A stretch of DNA of 64,000 bases. It comes from an uncultured Spirochaetota bacterium (GTDB lineage Bacteria > Spirochaetota > Brevinematia > Brevinematales > JAOACQ01). Position 1 is the stretch's first letter, and each line of letters starts with the position of its first letter. Below, piece after piece: positions 19,084 to 30,029 of the stretch. The DNA lies in assembly GCA_963783575.1 (NCBI GenBank), contig CAWAOD010000009.1:679191-743190 (forward strand). The letters run 5' to 3'. The translations under genes and the position numbers were made by a program. The notes beneath the pieces were generated by a model. It made no database searches and was not told where the DNA came from. It saw nothing but the letters and a program-made list of their open reading frames with translations.

Positions 19084-21747
19084 ATGAATTCAAATGATAT
19101 AAGAAAAGGTTTTCTGGATTTTTTTGCGGGAAAAGGGCATACCATTGTTAAAAGCGCTTCTTTAGTACCGGATAATGACCCGACACTGCTTTTTACCAAC
19201 GCGGGGATGAACCAGTTTAAAGATATTTTCCTGGGAACCGGAAAGCGGGATTATTCCCGGGCCGCGGATACCCAGAAGTGTATGAGGGTTTCCGGCAAAC
19301 ACAACGACCTTGAAGATGTCGGTAAAGATACGTATCATCACACATTTTTTGAAATGCTGGGAAACTGGTCGTTCGGGGATTATTACAAGAAAGAAGCCAT
19401 TGAGTGGGCCTGGGAACTTTTAACACAGATATGGAAGCTTCCGAAAGAAAGACTTTACGCGACGGTGCATCATACCGATGACGAGGCTTTTAAAATATGG
19501 GAAAATAACACAAATATCGATAAAAATCATATTATTCGTTTCGGTGATAAGGATAATTTCTGGGAAATGGGGACGACCGGGCCCTGCGGCCCCTGTTCGG
19601 AAATCCATATCGACCAGGGAGAAGGTACATGCAACAGAAAACATATAAAGGATCATGTGTGTTCTGTGAACGCCGGATGCTCCCGGTATATCGAACTCTG
19701 GAACCTTGTTTTCATTCAGTACAACCGGCTTGAAGATGGAACACTGGTCCGCCTTCCAAGCTGTCATGTCGATACCGGTATGGGTTTTGAGAGGATCGTG
19801 TCGGTTATTCAGGGCAGGCATTCAAATTATGATACCGATTTATTCATGCCGCTTATACATAAAATCGAGGATATGAGCGGAAGTAAGTATAACGGACAAA
19901 CTGCAGGAACAAAAAATTCTGATATGCCGGTACGGGTTATCGCCGATCATATCCGCTCCCTGACTTTCGCAATGGCCGACGGTGTTATGCCTTCAAATGA
20001 AGGAAGGGGTTATGTCATACGCAAAATATTAAGGCGGGCTATCCGCTATGGAAAATATCTTGGCTTTAATTCTCCTTTTCTCTTTAAAATTGTAGATACA
20101 GTTATTGATATAATGGGAAACGCGTTTCCCGAAATTTCCGAGAAAGCCGGTATGGTTAAATCATTGATTTTATCCGAAGAAGAATCCTTCTTCAAAACGC
20201 TTAACAGGGGGTTGGAAAAACTGGATGAAATTGTTTCTGAAATCAAAGGGAATAATTTAAATAAAATAAGCGGTGAGCATATCTTCATGCTATATGATTC
20301 CCTCGGTTTCCCGGTTGATTTTACACAGAATGTTGCGGAAGATGAGGGACTTAAAGTTGATATGGAAAGGTTTCGTGAATTAATGGAAGAGCAGAAGGAA
20401 AGGGCGAGGGCAAACTGGAAGGGTGAAGCCTTTGAATTCGTGGCATTGAAAGGCATAGTCAAGCCGACTGAATACATCGGAGAGGACTGTTTTGAATCGG
20501 AAGAAGAAATTCAAATTATTGTTAAGGATAATAAAATTGTAGATGCAGCATCGGAAAATGATAACGCGGTGATAATTGCCAGAAGAACGCCTTTTTACGC
20601 AGAGAAGGGCGGACAGGTCGGCGATACGGGAATTATCAAAAAGGATCAAAGCAGATTTATTGTTAACGATACAAGGACATTCAATGACGTTACGCTCCAT
20701 TTCGGCACTGTTCAGAACGGCTCATTTAAAACAAATGAAAGAATAACAATGAAGGTCGATAAAGATAAAAAGAATGCCACAGCCCGCAACCACACCGCCA
20801 CTCATTTGATTCACAAAGCTTTAAGGCACATCGCGGGCGAGCATGCGGCCCAGGCCGGGTCGCTTGTTGGGCCGGAAAGGCTGAGGTTTGATTTTACCCA
20901 TCCAAAGGCTTTAACAAAAGAGGAAATTGAAAAAATTGAAAATGAAGTCAATGAAGTTGTCCTGCGTAATATTCCGGTCAAAATTACAAAAATGTCAAAG
21001 GGTGAAGCCGTTAAAAGCGGCGCTGTGGCGATTTTTGAGGAAAAGTATGGGGAAGTAGTCAGGGTTGTCGAGGTAGAAGGTTATTCGAAAGAACTTTGCG
21101 GAGGAACACATGTGAAGCAAAGCGGCGATATCGGCCTTATAAAAATTACCGCGGATTTTTCGATCTCGGCCGGGACCAGAAGGCTTGAAGCCTTTACAGG
21201 TTTGAATTCACTGGAAGAGTACAGGAGAGAATTTTACAAAATAAAAGAGCTTTCGGGTTTATTAAACATAGATGATGAAAAGCTTTTGCCGAGATTCAGG
21301 CAGATTCTCGATACTATTAAAATTAAGGACAAAGAAATTGAGGAATTGAAAAATAATCTCGCGAAATCGAATATGGATGAATTATTAAAAAAACCTGTTA
21401 TGGTAGGGAATTCACAGGTTGTAATCACAAGGGTGGATATGGATTCTCAAATGATGCTGTCAATTGTTGATGAATTCAAGAAAAACACCGAAACCGGGGT
21501 AATTTACCTGATTGGTTCTCCATCTGCCGATAAAGTGGCAATTACTGCGGGTGTTACAAAGACGCTTATAAATAAAATCAAAGCCGGCGATCTTGCGCGC
21601 GAGACAGCTAAAATAGTCGGGGGAGGTGGAGGAGGAAGGCCGGATATGGCCCAGGCGGGAGGAAAAGACCCTTCAAGGATCGATGATGCCGTCGCAAAAG
21701 CTCGTGAAATGATTGAACAAGCGTGCCGTTCGGTCACGACCGCTTGA
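19084..21747 (+). CDS. alaS: Alanine--tRNA ligase
   Basis: DPTLLFTNAGM, HHTFFEMLGN, DTGMGFER, NHTATHL, ELCGGTH, GGGGGRPDMAQAGG; ATG 19084 after GGAG. Confidence 0.98.
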   Translation: MNSNDIRKGFLDFFAGKGHTIVKSASLVPDNDPTLLFTNAGMNQFKDIFLGTGKRDYSRAADTQKCMRVSGKHNDLEDVGKDTYHHTFFEMLGNWSFGDYYKKEAIEWAWELLTQIWKLPKERLYATVHHTDDEAFKIWENNTNIDKNHIIRFGDKDNFWEMGTTGPCGPCSEIHIDQGEGTCNRKHIKDHVCSVNAGCSRYIELWNLVFIQYNRLEDGTLVRLPSCHVDTGMGFERIVSVIQGRHSNYDTDLFMPLIHKIEDMSGSKYNGQTAGTKNSDMPVRVIADHIRSLTFAMADGVMPSNEGRGYVIRKILRRAIRYGKYLGFNSPFLFKIVDTVIDIMGNAFPEISEKAGMVKSLILSEEESFFKTLNRGLEKLDEIVSEIKGNNLNKISGEHIFMLYDSLGFPVDFTQNVAEDEGLKVDMERFRELMEEQKERARANWKGEAFEFVALKGIVKPTEYIGEDCFESEEEIQIIVKDNKIVDAASENDNAVIIARRTPFYAEKGGQVGDTGIIKKDQSRFIVNDTRTFNDVTLHFGTVQNGSFKTNERITMKVDKDKKNATARNHTATHLIHKALRHIAGEHAAQAGSLVGPERLRFDFTHPKALTKEEIEKIENEVNEVVLRNIPVKITKMSKGEAVKSGAVAIFEEKYGEVVRVVEVEGYSKELCGGTHVKQSGDIGLIKITADFSISAGTRRLEAFTGLNSLEEYRREFYKIKELSGLLNIDDEKLLPRFRQILDTIKIKDKEIEELKNNLAKSNMDELLKKPVMVGNSQVVITRVDMDSQMMLSIVDEFKKNTETGVIYLIGSPSADKVAITAGVTKTLINKIKAGDLARETAKIVGGGGGGRPDMAQAGGKDPSRIDDAVAKAREMIEQACRSVTTA

Positions 21748-21749
21748 CC
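21718..21749. repeat. REP-like repeat copy 2 with 14-bp internal insertion, forming the alaS 3' end
   Basis: CAAGCGTGCCG-TTCGGTCACGACCG-CTTGACC; supplies QACRSVTTA and the TGA stop. Confidence 0.65.
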
Positions 21750-21962
21750 GGTATAAAATAATCCGGCAGGTTCGCTATAATTCACGTTAATTATTGTAAC
21801 TTGTGGTGAGCCAGCTGAATCCATTATTGGCAAAAAGAAACAAAAATGTTGTTTCTAAATATTACAAATTTGTGCGGCTGAGTATTTACTTTATTAGAAA
21901 ATATTTCTTATGCTTTGGGTGCAACATCACGCTGCAATGCCGATAATATATTAGAGATTCTT

Positions 21963-22730
21963 ATGAAAAATGTTTTTGTGATTGCCCTCCATGGTATTGG
22001 AGGAAACCTTCATCATCTATCGGGGTTGGTAAATTACTATCTGTCAAAAGAAATTGATGTTAAAGCAATCGATCTACTCGGTTTCGGCCACACAACTCCA
22101 ACAAGCAGGGGAGACATTGAAAGCTTTGATGAATATATCCTCGAAGTGGAAAACTATGTTAAAGAATTGAAGAAGAATCATTCGGACTATAAAATAATTC
22201 TGCTCGGGGAAAACATCGGCGGGCTTATCGCTATGCAGTTTTCAATCAGCCATCAAAAAGAAATTGACGGTTTGATATTAATAAATCCTGTCACAGAAAC
22301 AAAACACCCTTTCCCATTATTGGCAAGATTTTTTCTAACAATATGCAGTTTCATTCTTCCAGGCAAATATTTTACAATTCCTATAAAACCGGAAGATATC
22401 AGCGACGATGAAAAAATGCTCCATTTTTTAAGAGATGATATTCAAAAAGTAAAAGCGATTACTGCCCGGTTCTGGTGGGCAATGATCAGGGCAACGGTTG
22501 AACTGAAAGCTGAAGCCGGGAAAATCAGGATACCGGTTTTGATGCAGTTATCCAAAGTTTCAAAAACAATAGGCATTCATTCTGCAAAATCAATCTTTTC
22601 CAGGATAAATACCGTTCATAAACACCTTCAAGAATTCGATATTCCCGATTCAATGACAATATGCAAAGACAGGGAAAAGGTTTTCGAAAAACAGATTAAA
22701 TTCATTCATAATATAATCCTTTCACAATAG
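21963..22730 (+). CDS. Alpha/beta-hydrolase fold protein (lysophospholipase-like), nucleophile Ser apparently replaced by Asn
   Basis: ALHGIGG, DLLGFGHT...RGDI, LLGENIGG in place of GxSxG. Confidence 0.8.
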   Translation: MKNVFVIALHGIGGNLHHLSGLVNYYLSKEIDVKAIDLLGFGHTTPTSRGDIESFDEYILEVENYVKELKKNHSDYKIILLGENIGGLIAMQFSISHQKEIDGLILINPVTETKHPFPLLARFFLTICSFILPGKYFTIPIKPEDISDDEKMLHFLRDDIQKVKAITARFWWAMIRATVELKAEAGKIRIPVLMQLSKVSKTIGIHSAKSIFSRINTVHKHLQEFDIPDSMTICKDREKVFEKQIKFIHNIILSQ

Positions 22731-22847
22731 GTGCGATTAATAATCTAACATTATTTCTCATAGTCAAATTTCACTATTTTAAAATTTATTTATTAAGATA
22801 ACAAGCATTAAAATATTACATAAATTATTTTAACAATTATTATTATA

Positions 22848-24556
22848 CCTAAACTGAGCGATTCTTAACTATCCATAAAAATAAAACCATGCTAAAATAA
22901 AATGGGGTAAGGAAATGGTTACAGCCATCCTTACCCCGGAATAACACCCATTGGGTGCAAAAGCAGGTAAATTATGACTGAAAAAAATAAAAATCGCAAA
23001 ATTCAGGGAAATGAGATTCAAAAAATCGGCATAACGAAAGATTGTCTTACCAGCCGCGGCGGGCTTACGTTTGTCCTGAGATATCTCAAGAATATTAAAG
23101 TTATTCCCCTGATCAGCGAAGTATTTCAGGGAATTCGCAAGAGCCGCAAAGGTAAAGATATAGAAAAAATTATTTCTCAATTGATGCTGTTTTTCATAGA
23201 TGGAAGCAAATTTACCATGACCCGGTTTGATGAATTGGCAAATGATATCGGGCACAGAAAGGCCATTGAATGCAGCAAAGACAATATGTGCTCATCCCAT
23301 GTGATAAAGAGATTTTTTTCAGTGGTAAAAAAGACAATGTTTAAAGAGCTTCAAAAGATTCTAATTAAGCTTTTTGTCTGGCGTCTCAAGATAAAGAACC
23401 CGAAAGTTATTATTCTCGGACTTGATACGATGGTACTGAATAATGATGACGCTAAAAAGCGAAACGGCGTGACTTATACCTACAAAAAGGTTAACGGGTA
23501 TCATCCGCTGCATATGTATTGGAATGGTTTTATCGTGAACCTGGCGTTCCACGAAGGAAGCGAATCCCCGAATCACGGTGACGATCTGTTTACAATGCTG
23601 GAAGAAACAGTGAAGGAAATCCGGAAATGCTATGACAAAGAGGTGCCGATTATCGTTGTGTCTGATAGCGGGTTTTTTGACCAAAAGTATTTTAAGAAGC
23701 TGGAAGACCTGAAACTGTTCTTTATATGCGGCGGGAGAATACTGGATTCAATCAAACTCGATTTGATGAAGCGATTGCCGGAAGAATGGAGAAGGTTTGA
23801 GAAAAAAGGAGATGTAATTGAATACCTGGACTTTCGGGACAGACGGGATAGCTGGGAAAAGGGATACCGTGCCATTTATACCAAATATGAATGTGAAGAC
23901 GGGGTTTTCAGATTAGCGTTCGACAGGCCTGAAAATATTATTTATACAAATCTTGAAGAAGCGGAAGTATTGAAAGAAAAGGGGCTTGTGAAATATATGA
24001 CGGCAGAGGAAATAGTGAGGCTCTATCATCTGAGGGCAAAAGATGAACTGGTGAACCGTGGAATAAAAGAATTCGTGGATGAAACACTGCCGTTTAAGAG
24101 TTTTGTATCAAACGGTGTATATTATTTTTTATCGATAATAGCGTATAATCTGCTGTCGGCTTATCAGGCGGATATGGATATACCGGAAATACCAGTGGAA
24201 AGTTATCCGGATACGGTCAGGCGAATATTTATTGATATTGCGGGAAAGATTGTTAAAACAGGCGGGCGGGCTATTTTAAAATTCAGGGAAGAAGTAGTTG
24301 ACAGGTTTAAATTGTTAGATTTGTGGGAGAAATGCGGAACGGTTACCCCGATTTAAAGATGCGCTCTGTTTTCATGGATTAATAAGGGGGTATTGCGCCA
24401 AAAATTGAAAATATCTCAGAGATTGATGATTTTAGTGCTTTCAAACGCATAAATTCGGCAAATTAACCGGTGACAAAAAAATATATCCAAATTTTTATAA
24501 ATTTTGGCTTTTATAAACCTGTTTTTGGTATTTATTAAAAAATCGCTCAGTTTGGG
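22848..24556 (+). mobile_element. IS1380-family insertion sequence
   Basis: IRs CCTAAACTGAGCGATT (22848) / AATCGCTCAGTTTGGG (24541-24556), 15/16 match; flanking direct repeat ATTATA. Confidence 0.9.
22974..24356 (+). CDS. IS1380-family transposase
   Basis: LTSRGGL, LGLDT, YKKVNGYHPL, SDSGF, YHLRAKDE, IAYNL. Confidence 0.92.
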   Translation: MTEKNKNRKIQGNEIQKIGITKDCLTSRGGLTFVLRYLKNIKVIPLISEVFQGIRKSRKGKDIEKIISQLMLFFIDGSKFTMTRFDELANDIGHRKAIECSKDNMCSSHVIKRFFSVVKKTMFKELQKILIKLFVWRLKIKNPKVIILGLDTMVLNNDDAKKRNGVTYTYKKVNGYHPLHMYWNGFIVNLAFHEGSESPNHGDDLFTMLEETVKEIRKCYDKEVPIIVVSDSGFFDQKYFKKLEDLKLFFICGGRILDSIKLDLMKRLPEEWRRFEKKGDVIEYLDFRDRRDSWEKGYRAIYTKYECEDGVFRLAFDRPENIIYTNLEEAEVLKEKGLVKYMTAEEIVRLYHLRAKDELVNRGIKEFVDETLPFKSFVSNGVYYFLSIIAYNLLSAYQADMDIPEIPVESYPDTVRRIFIDIAGKIVKTGGRAILKFREEVVDRFKLLDLWEKCGTVTPI

Positions 24557-24589
24557 ATTATAAATTTCTATGGTTTTATTAAAAGTATT

Positions 24590-24618
24590 TTGATTTTATT
24601 TTTATTGATTGTTATAAT
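24590..24618 (+). promoter_or_regulatory. Putative sigma-70 promoter of metK-ugd-uxs
   Basis: TTGATT-17 bp-TATAAT with extended -10 TG. Confidence 0.55.
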
Positions 24619-24647
24619 CTATGATGATTTATTATAAGGAGAAGTAA

Positions 24648-25811
24648 ATGAGAAAGAAAGACTATTTGTTTACATCGGAATCAGTCAGTGAAGGGCATCC
24701 CGATAAACTGGCCGATCAGATTTCCGATGCGGTTTTAGACGCTTGTTTTATGATTGATCCATATTCGCGTGTAGCCTGTGAAACATTCACAACAACCGGG
24801 ATGGTTCTCATCGGCGGCGAAATCACAACAACGGCTCATGTAGATTTCCAGGAAGTCGCCAGGGGTGTTGCAAAAAAAATCGGTTATGACAGGCCTGAAT
24901 ACGGTCTTGATTTTGAATCAATGGCAGTGTTAAATACCGTTCATTCCCAATCGCCCGATATATCCCAGGGCGTTTCGGGTGACGGTCTTTTTAAGGGACA
25001 ACAGGGAGCGGGGGACCAGGGGATGATGTTCGGTTTTGCATGCAATGAGACTCCTGAATTGATGCCTGCTCCGATAATGTATGCCCATAAACTTCTTCTT
25101 TATGCTTCAAAACTTAGGAAAGACGGGATTTTAACTTGGCTCCGCCCTGATTCTAAAAGCCAGATTACAATTGAATACAGTGGAAATAAGCCTGTAAGGG
25201 CAGATACAATCGTAGTTTCACATCAGCATGATGATAATATCGGATATGAAGAATTGAAATCGGAAATTATAGCTAAAATTATTAAACCAGTTATGGAACC
25301 TACCGGATTGCTTGATAAAAACACAAAATATTATATTAACCCTACCGGGCGGTTTGTTATCGGAGGACCCCATGGAGATACGGGACTTACCGGAAGAAAA
25401 ATTATTGTTGATACCTACGGTGGAATGGGCAGGCATGGCGGCGGAGCATTCAGCGGGAAAGACCCGTCCAAGGTGGATAGAAGCGCAGCTTATATGGCGA
25501 GATACGTAGCTAAAAATATTGTCGCTGCCGGTTTTTGTGAAAGATGTGAAGTCCAGATTGCTTATGCGATTGGTGTACCTTTCCCGGTTTCGGTATTGGT
25601 ACAGACTTTTGATACCGGAAAAATTGATGAGTGCAGCATTGAGGAAGCAATAAAGAAAGTTTTCGATTTGACTCCAGCGGGGATTATTAAAACACTCGAT
25701 CTGAGAAAACCAATATACCAGAATACCGCGGCATACGGTCATTTTGGAAGAAGTGAATTTTCATGGGAAAAAACCGATAAGGTTAAAGATTTATTAAAGG
25801 AAATAAAATAA
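24648..25811 (+). CDS. metK: S-adenosylmethionine synthetase
   Basis: [34 protein letters not shown]. Confidence 0.98.
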   Translation: MRKKDYLFTSESVSEGHPDKLADQISDAVLDACFMIDPYSRVACETFTTTGMVLIGGEITTTAHVDFQEVARGVAKKIGYDRPEYGLDFESMAVLNTVHSQSPDISQGVSGDGLFKGQQGAGDQGMMFGFACNETPELMPAPIMYAHKLLLYASKLRKDGILTWLRPDSKSQITIEYSGNKPVRADTIVVSHQHDDNIGYEELKSEIIAKIIKPVMEPTGLLDKNTKYYINPTGRFVIGGPHGDTGLTGRKIIVDTYGGMGRHGGGAFSGKDPSKVDRSAAYMARYVAKNIVAAGFCERCEVQIAYAIGVPFPVSVLVQTFDTGKIDECSIEEAIKKVFDLTPAGIIKTLDLRKPIYQNTAAYGHFGRSEFSWEKTDKVKDLLKEIK

Positions 25812-25841
25812 ATACAACCGGCGATATAATATGGGGATTTT

Positions 25842-27179
25842 ATGAATATTGGGATTATTGGAACTGGTTATGTAGGTATAGTGAGCGGAAGCTGTTTTGC
25901 TGAAATGGGCAACCATGTCACCTGTTTCGATGTTGATGAAAAGAAAATCACTCAGTATTCAAAGGGGAAATCGGCAATTTATGAACCCGGGCTGGAAGAT
26001 TTACTAAAAACCAATATTGATAAAAAAAGATTATTCTTTACAGGTGAGATTCTTGATCTGGTCAATAATTCCGATGTGATATTTATCTGTGTTGGAACCC
26101 CTCCGTTACCTGATGGTTCTGCCGATCTTTCACAGGTTGAGTCGGCTGTAAGAAGCATTGCGGAGAATACACCCAGTGATACGTATAAAGTTATCGTTGA
26201 AAAAAGCACAGTTCCTGTAGGAACTCATAAACGCCTTAAAACTATAATGAAATTATATAATAAAGGGAAAGCCAATTTTGATTTTGTCGTTAACTCGGAA
26301 TTTCTTAAAGAAGGCACGGCAATTCAGGATTTTCTCAATCCCGACCGCATTGTGATTGGAGTTGAAACCGATAAATCAAAAGAAATAATGATCAAACTTT
26401 ATGAAAATATAAAAAATGAGAAGGTTATTGTCGATCCAAACAGCGCTGAAATTATTAAATATGCATCCAACTCTTTCCTGGCAATTAAAATATCTTTTAT
26501 AAATATGATCGCCGACCTTTGCGAGAAAAGCGGGGGTGATATCGGATATGTCGCGGATGGGATTGGATTTGATAAAAGGATTGGCAGGGCTTTTTTAAAC
26601 GCAGGCATAGGTTATGGCGGTAGCTGTTTTCCTAAAGATGTTAAGGCTTTTATCAAAGTTTTAAGCGATTACGCCGTCGACAGTTCAATATTAAAATCAA
26701 CTGATGATTTCAACACCTTCAGGTATAAAAAGGTAATTAAAACCCTTGAAGAGGAGCTCTGGATTCTTAAAAATAAAAATATTGCCGTGTGGGGATTGGC
26801 TTTTAAGCCCGAAACCGATGACATACGCGAGGCACCGTCGATAAAGATTGTAAACGATCTACTTAATAAAGATGTTAATTTAAGATTATACGATCCGGAG
26901 GCGGAGGATAATTTTAAATCCATATTTCCTGAGAATGATAAAATTTTATACTATAATTCTCCGCTTGAAGCACTCATCGATGCCGAAGCACTGGTTATTT
27001 TAACCGATTGGAAAGAATTTTACGGCATAAAACCGGATGAAATCTATAAATCAATGAAACTTCCAGTTGTTGTTGACGGAAGGAATATTTTTAATTCGAA
27101 TGAGATGCGGGCCAAAGGCTTCCGTTATTTTCCAATCGGAAAAGGAAAAATTTTGGAAATAATGAAAGATTCAAAATGA
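25842..27179 (+). CDS. ugd: UDP-glucose 6-dehydrogenase
   Basis: [39 protein letters not shown]. Confidence 0.93.
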   Translation: MNIGIIGTGYVGIVSGSCFAEMGNHVTCFDVDEKKITQYSKGKSAIYEPGLEDLLKTNIDKKRLFFTGEILDLVNNSDVIFICVGTPPLPDGSADLSQVESAVRSIAENTPSDTYKVIVEKSTVPVGTHKRLKTIMKLYNKGKANFDFVVNSEFLKEGTAIQDFLNPDRIVIGVETDKSKEIMIKLYENIKNEKVIVDPNSAEIIKYASNSFLAIKISFINMIADLCEKSGGDIGYVADGIGFDKRIGRAFLNAGIGYGGSCFPKDVKAFIKVLSDYAVDSSILKSTDDFNTFRYKKVIKTLEEELWILKNKNIAVWGLAFKPETDDIREAPSIKIVNDLLNKDVNLRLYDPEAEDNFKSIFPENDKILYYNSPLEALIDAEALVILTDWKEFYGIKPDEIYKSMKLPVVVDGRNIFNSNEMRAKGFRYFPIGKGKILEIMKDSK

Positions 27180-28123
27180 AGGATCTTATGAAAAACATCC
27201 TGGTTACCGGAGGCGCAGGTTTTATAGGAAGCCACCTCTGTGAAAAGCTTCTCGAACTTGGACATTCGGTTATCTGCATTGATAATTTTTTTACGGGCAG
27301 GAAAGATAACATCCTTCATTTGATGGATAATAAAAATTTTGAAGTAATAAGACACGATATTATAGAACCTATCCTGGTTGAGGTAGACTGGATTTTCAAT
27401 CTGGCCTGTCCCGCATCACCCATTCATTACCAGTTTAATCCGATCAAAACTGTCAAAACCAATATCCTTGGTGCTTTGAATATGCTTGGACTTGCCAAGA
27501 GAGTGAAGGCAAGAATCCTTCAGGCTTCGACAAGCGAAGTTTACGGCGATCCCGAAGTTCACCCCCAGAAAGAAGATTACTGGGGTTTTGTTAACCCGGT
27601 CGGCATACGGAGCTGTTATGACGAAGGAAAAAGGATAGCAGAAACCCTTTTTATGGAATATCACAGGAAAAACAATGTGGACATAAGGATTGTGCGTATT
27701 TTTAATACTTACGGGCCAAGGATGCTTCAAAATGATGGAAGAGTTGTTTCCAATTTTATAGTACAGGCATTGAAGAACGAAGATATAACGGTTTATGGCA
27801 ATGGCAGCCAGACCAGGAGCTTTTGCTATATTGATGACCTTGTTTTGGGTATGATTCTTATGATGAATACCGAAAACTTCACCGGCCCAGTGAATCTTGG
27901 AAATCCTGAAGAATATTCGATACTTGACTTTGCGAAAATGATTATTAAAATGACAGGTTCCGGATCAAAAATTCTATTTCAGGATTTACCGTCGGATGAT
28001 CCTAAGCGCAGAAAACCTGATATTACGCTTGCCGGAAAAAAACTTGGCTGGAAACCTGTAGTCACAGTTAAAGAAGGCCTTTTAAAAACAATAGAATATT
28101 TTCAAGCGTGCCGCTTGACCTGA
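27176..28123 (+). CDS. uxs: UDP-glucuronate decarboxylase (UDP-xylose synthase)
   Basis: [50 protein letters not shown]. Confidence 0.9.
   Translation: MKDLMKNILVTGGAGFIGSHLCEKLLELGHSVICIDNFFTGRKDNILHLMDNKNFEVIRHDIIEPILVEVDWIFNLACPASPIHYQFNPIKTVKTNILGALNMLGLAKRVKARILQASTSEVYGDPEVHPQKEDYWGFVNPVGIRSCYDEGKRIAETLFMEYHRKNNVDIRIVRIFNTYGPRMLQNDGRVVSNFIVQALKNEDITVYGNGSQTRSFCYIDDLVLGMILMMNTENFTGPVNLGNPEEYSILDFAKMIIKMTGSGSKILFQDLPSDDPKRRKPDITLAGKKLGWKPVVTVKEGLLKTIEYFQACRLT
28103..28120. repeat. REP-like repeat copy 3, inside last codons of uxs
   Basis: CAAGCGTGCCGCTTGACC encodes QACRLT just before the stop. Confidence 0.75.
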
Positions 28124-28152
28124 ATAAATCAACACTTCTCCTATAACGCGGT

Positions 28153-29760
28153 TTAAATAGAGCGTTTTTCCAGATCTTCATACTTTTTAAGTAATTTTTC
28201 ATATATCGGCGTGTTTTCCGCTATAGGTGCTGAAGAAGTTCCTTCAGCGCGCTGGACAAAAAATTCCGCCGCCTTTTCATAACTGATTTTGAGCAGGGTT
28301 TTTGCTCCTGAGATCGCGCATCCCAAAGGAGCGGCAAAATCGGAATTTTTGATGCTGAAAATTTCCGCTTTAAATATGTCGGCAATGGTTTGCCGCAGGA
28401 TATGATTTTTAGAGCCTCCGCCTACCACGCATATCGACTTTACATCGCTTAGATGGCTCGAGTGCAGTTTCAGCGACAGTACCTGGGAAATGTGGAGCGA
28501 TCGAATGTTTGCCTCCGCATCATCCTCTGTAAATCCATCCCGGATTATGCCCGCTTTTTTTACCGGAACAGATTCATCAAGCAAATAGGGAAGCATAAGC
28601 TTTTCATTTCCGCTGATTTTCTGATCCCCGAATTTTTTCATATAGCTGTCAAAAGCTTCTTTTGTTAGGCTGCCGTTTTCGGACTTGAGTATATATCTAC
28701 GTACAAAAGTGTCATGGAGTTTTGAACCGTTGGTGTAGCAGGTTAACGCCATCGCTGTACCTTTTGTATAGCCGAATATATTATATTCGCCGTTTATGGA
28801 AGGCTTTATAAGTTTCATAAGTCCGTTAACGGTGTAACTGGATCCCAGCGAAATCACAATATGCCCGCCGCAGCCAAGAAGCGTTGCGGGATTATCTCCT
28901 GTGCCGGCCAGTATGACCGCATCTCTGCCGACTCCATATTTATTAATGAAATACGGGTTAATTTTTCCGACCGGTTCATCGTAATGGCTGATCCCCCCGA
29001 TTTTCCCGCCCACGGAATCTTTTATACCTTCCTTAGCAAGAAGCATATCCATTACTTTAATAACTTCTTTGCTCCAGCCTGGTTTTTTTATATCCAGGTT
29101 ATTGAGATTTGATCCCCATCCGTCTCCGGTATCAACCGGGGCGATCTTTCCCGTAAGTATTGATGTAAGGAAAGCGCTTAACAATTGTATATTTTCGGTG
29201 TTTTTGTATTCTAAAGGACTTTCTTTTGCCCACCTGAGGATTTGTGATGCCGGGAAACGAAGCTCTGCCTTATTACCTGTAATATTGCTAATACTGCCGC
29301 TTGTTTCAAGCGCTTTTGTGATTGCCCCGGCCTCTTTTTCGGTACTGCGGTCTTCCCAGATCGGGGAAGTTTTTCTGGATATCGAATCTTTTAAGGCCTC
29401 AAGAAGGTTTTTAGCATTGCTTAGCGATTTTAACCGATTGGAAAAAGTAGTGTCCGTATAAACTGTACAATGCTGCATTCCGTCAAGTTTTATTACCCCC
29501 ACAGCCGCAAGGTCAACGCCGTCTTTTTTGAGCTTATCGAAAACAAAATCCAGGGCTTCAAGCATAAGATAAGGTGAAGTGTGACGTAAGCCCAGCCTGT
29601 CTGAAGACAGAACACCGCCTTTTGTTCCATACTTGGGAAAGTTTTCATCAAATTCAAACTTGCCGGTATAAACAACAGATTTTTCGTTCAAGTCTAAAAC
29701 GATCATTTTCGCAGACTGTGTACTGAATTCCAGCCCCAATGAATATAAATTCTTTTTCAT
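28153..29760 (-). CDS. xylB: FGGY-family kinase, eukaryote-type xylulokinase
   Basis: LGLEFSTQSAK, FDENFPKYGTKGGV, TSP.LMLEALD, PIWEDRST, GTGDNP, ISLGSS, VGGGSKN. Confidence 0.8.
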   Translation of the reverse strand: MKKNLYSLGLEFSTQSAKMIVLDLNEKSVVYTGKFEFDENFPKYGTKGGVLSSDRLGLRHTSPYLMLEALDFVFDKLKKDGVDLAAVGVIKLDGMQHCTVYTDTTFSNRLKSLSNAKNLLEALKDSISRKTSPIWEDRSTEKEAGAITKALETSGSISNITGNKAELRFPASQILRWAKESPLEYKNTENIQLLSAFLTSILTGKIAPVDTGDGWGSNLNNLDIKKPGWSKEVIKVMDMLLAKEGIKDSVGGKIGGISHYDEPVGKINPYFINKYGVGRDAVILAGTGDNPATLLGCGGHIVISLGSSYTVNGLMKLIKPSINGEYNIFGYTKGTAMALTCYTNGSKLHDTFVRRYILKSENGSLTKEAFDSYMKKFGDQKISGNEKLMLPYLLDESVPVKKAGIIRDGFTEDDAEANIRSLHISQVLSLKLHSSHLSDVKSICVVGGGSKNHILRQTIADIFKAEIFSIKNSDFAAPLGCAISGAKTLLKISYEKAAEFFVQRAEGTSSAPIAENTPIYEKLLKKYEDLEKRSI

Positions 29761-29826
29761 ACAAACCTCTTTAATTAAATTCTGCCTGATAAGATTTTAT
29801 CGGAATGATTTTCCCGTATAAATTAT

Positions 29827-29855
29827 ATTTTATTTGACTGTCTGATTTTAGTCAA
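29827..29855 (-). promoter_or_regulatory. Putative sigma-70 promoter of xylB
   Basis: TTGACT-17 bp-TAAAAT on minus strand. Confidence 0.6.
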
Positions 29856-30029
29856 ATTATGCACAATCGATGCCTTTTCATTTCCCCGCCACCCTTTATT
29901 GTCAGGATTCATGAAATAATAAATCAAACTGGCTTAAGTATCATCCAATCACATCTGGCTTTATTGCAATCAGCACTTTATCCCTATTGACAAAAAAAAC
30001 TCCTTAATTATCATGACACACAGATCAAG

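Noticed and set aside
21920..21946. Sigma-28 promoter (GCCGATAA); similar GTCGATAA at 59561
   Set aside because: The -10 matches but there is no properly spaced TAAA -35, so support is insufficient
24557..24647. Second SahR site upstream of metK
   Set aside because: No ATCAAG...CTTGAT-like palindrome on either side of the IS1380
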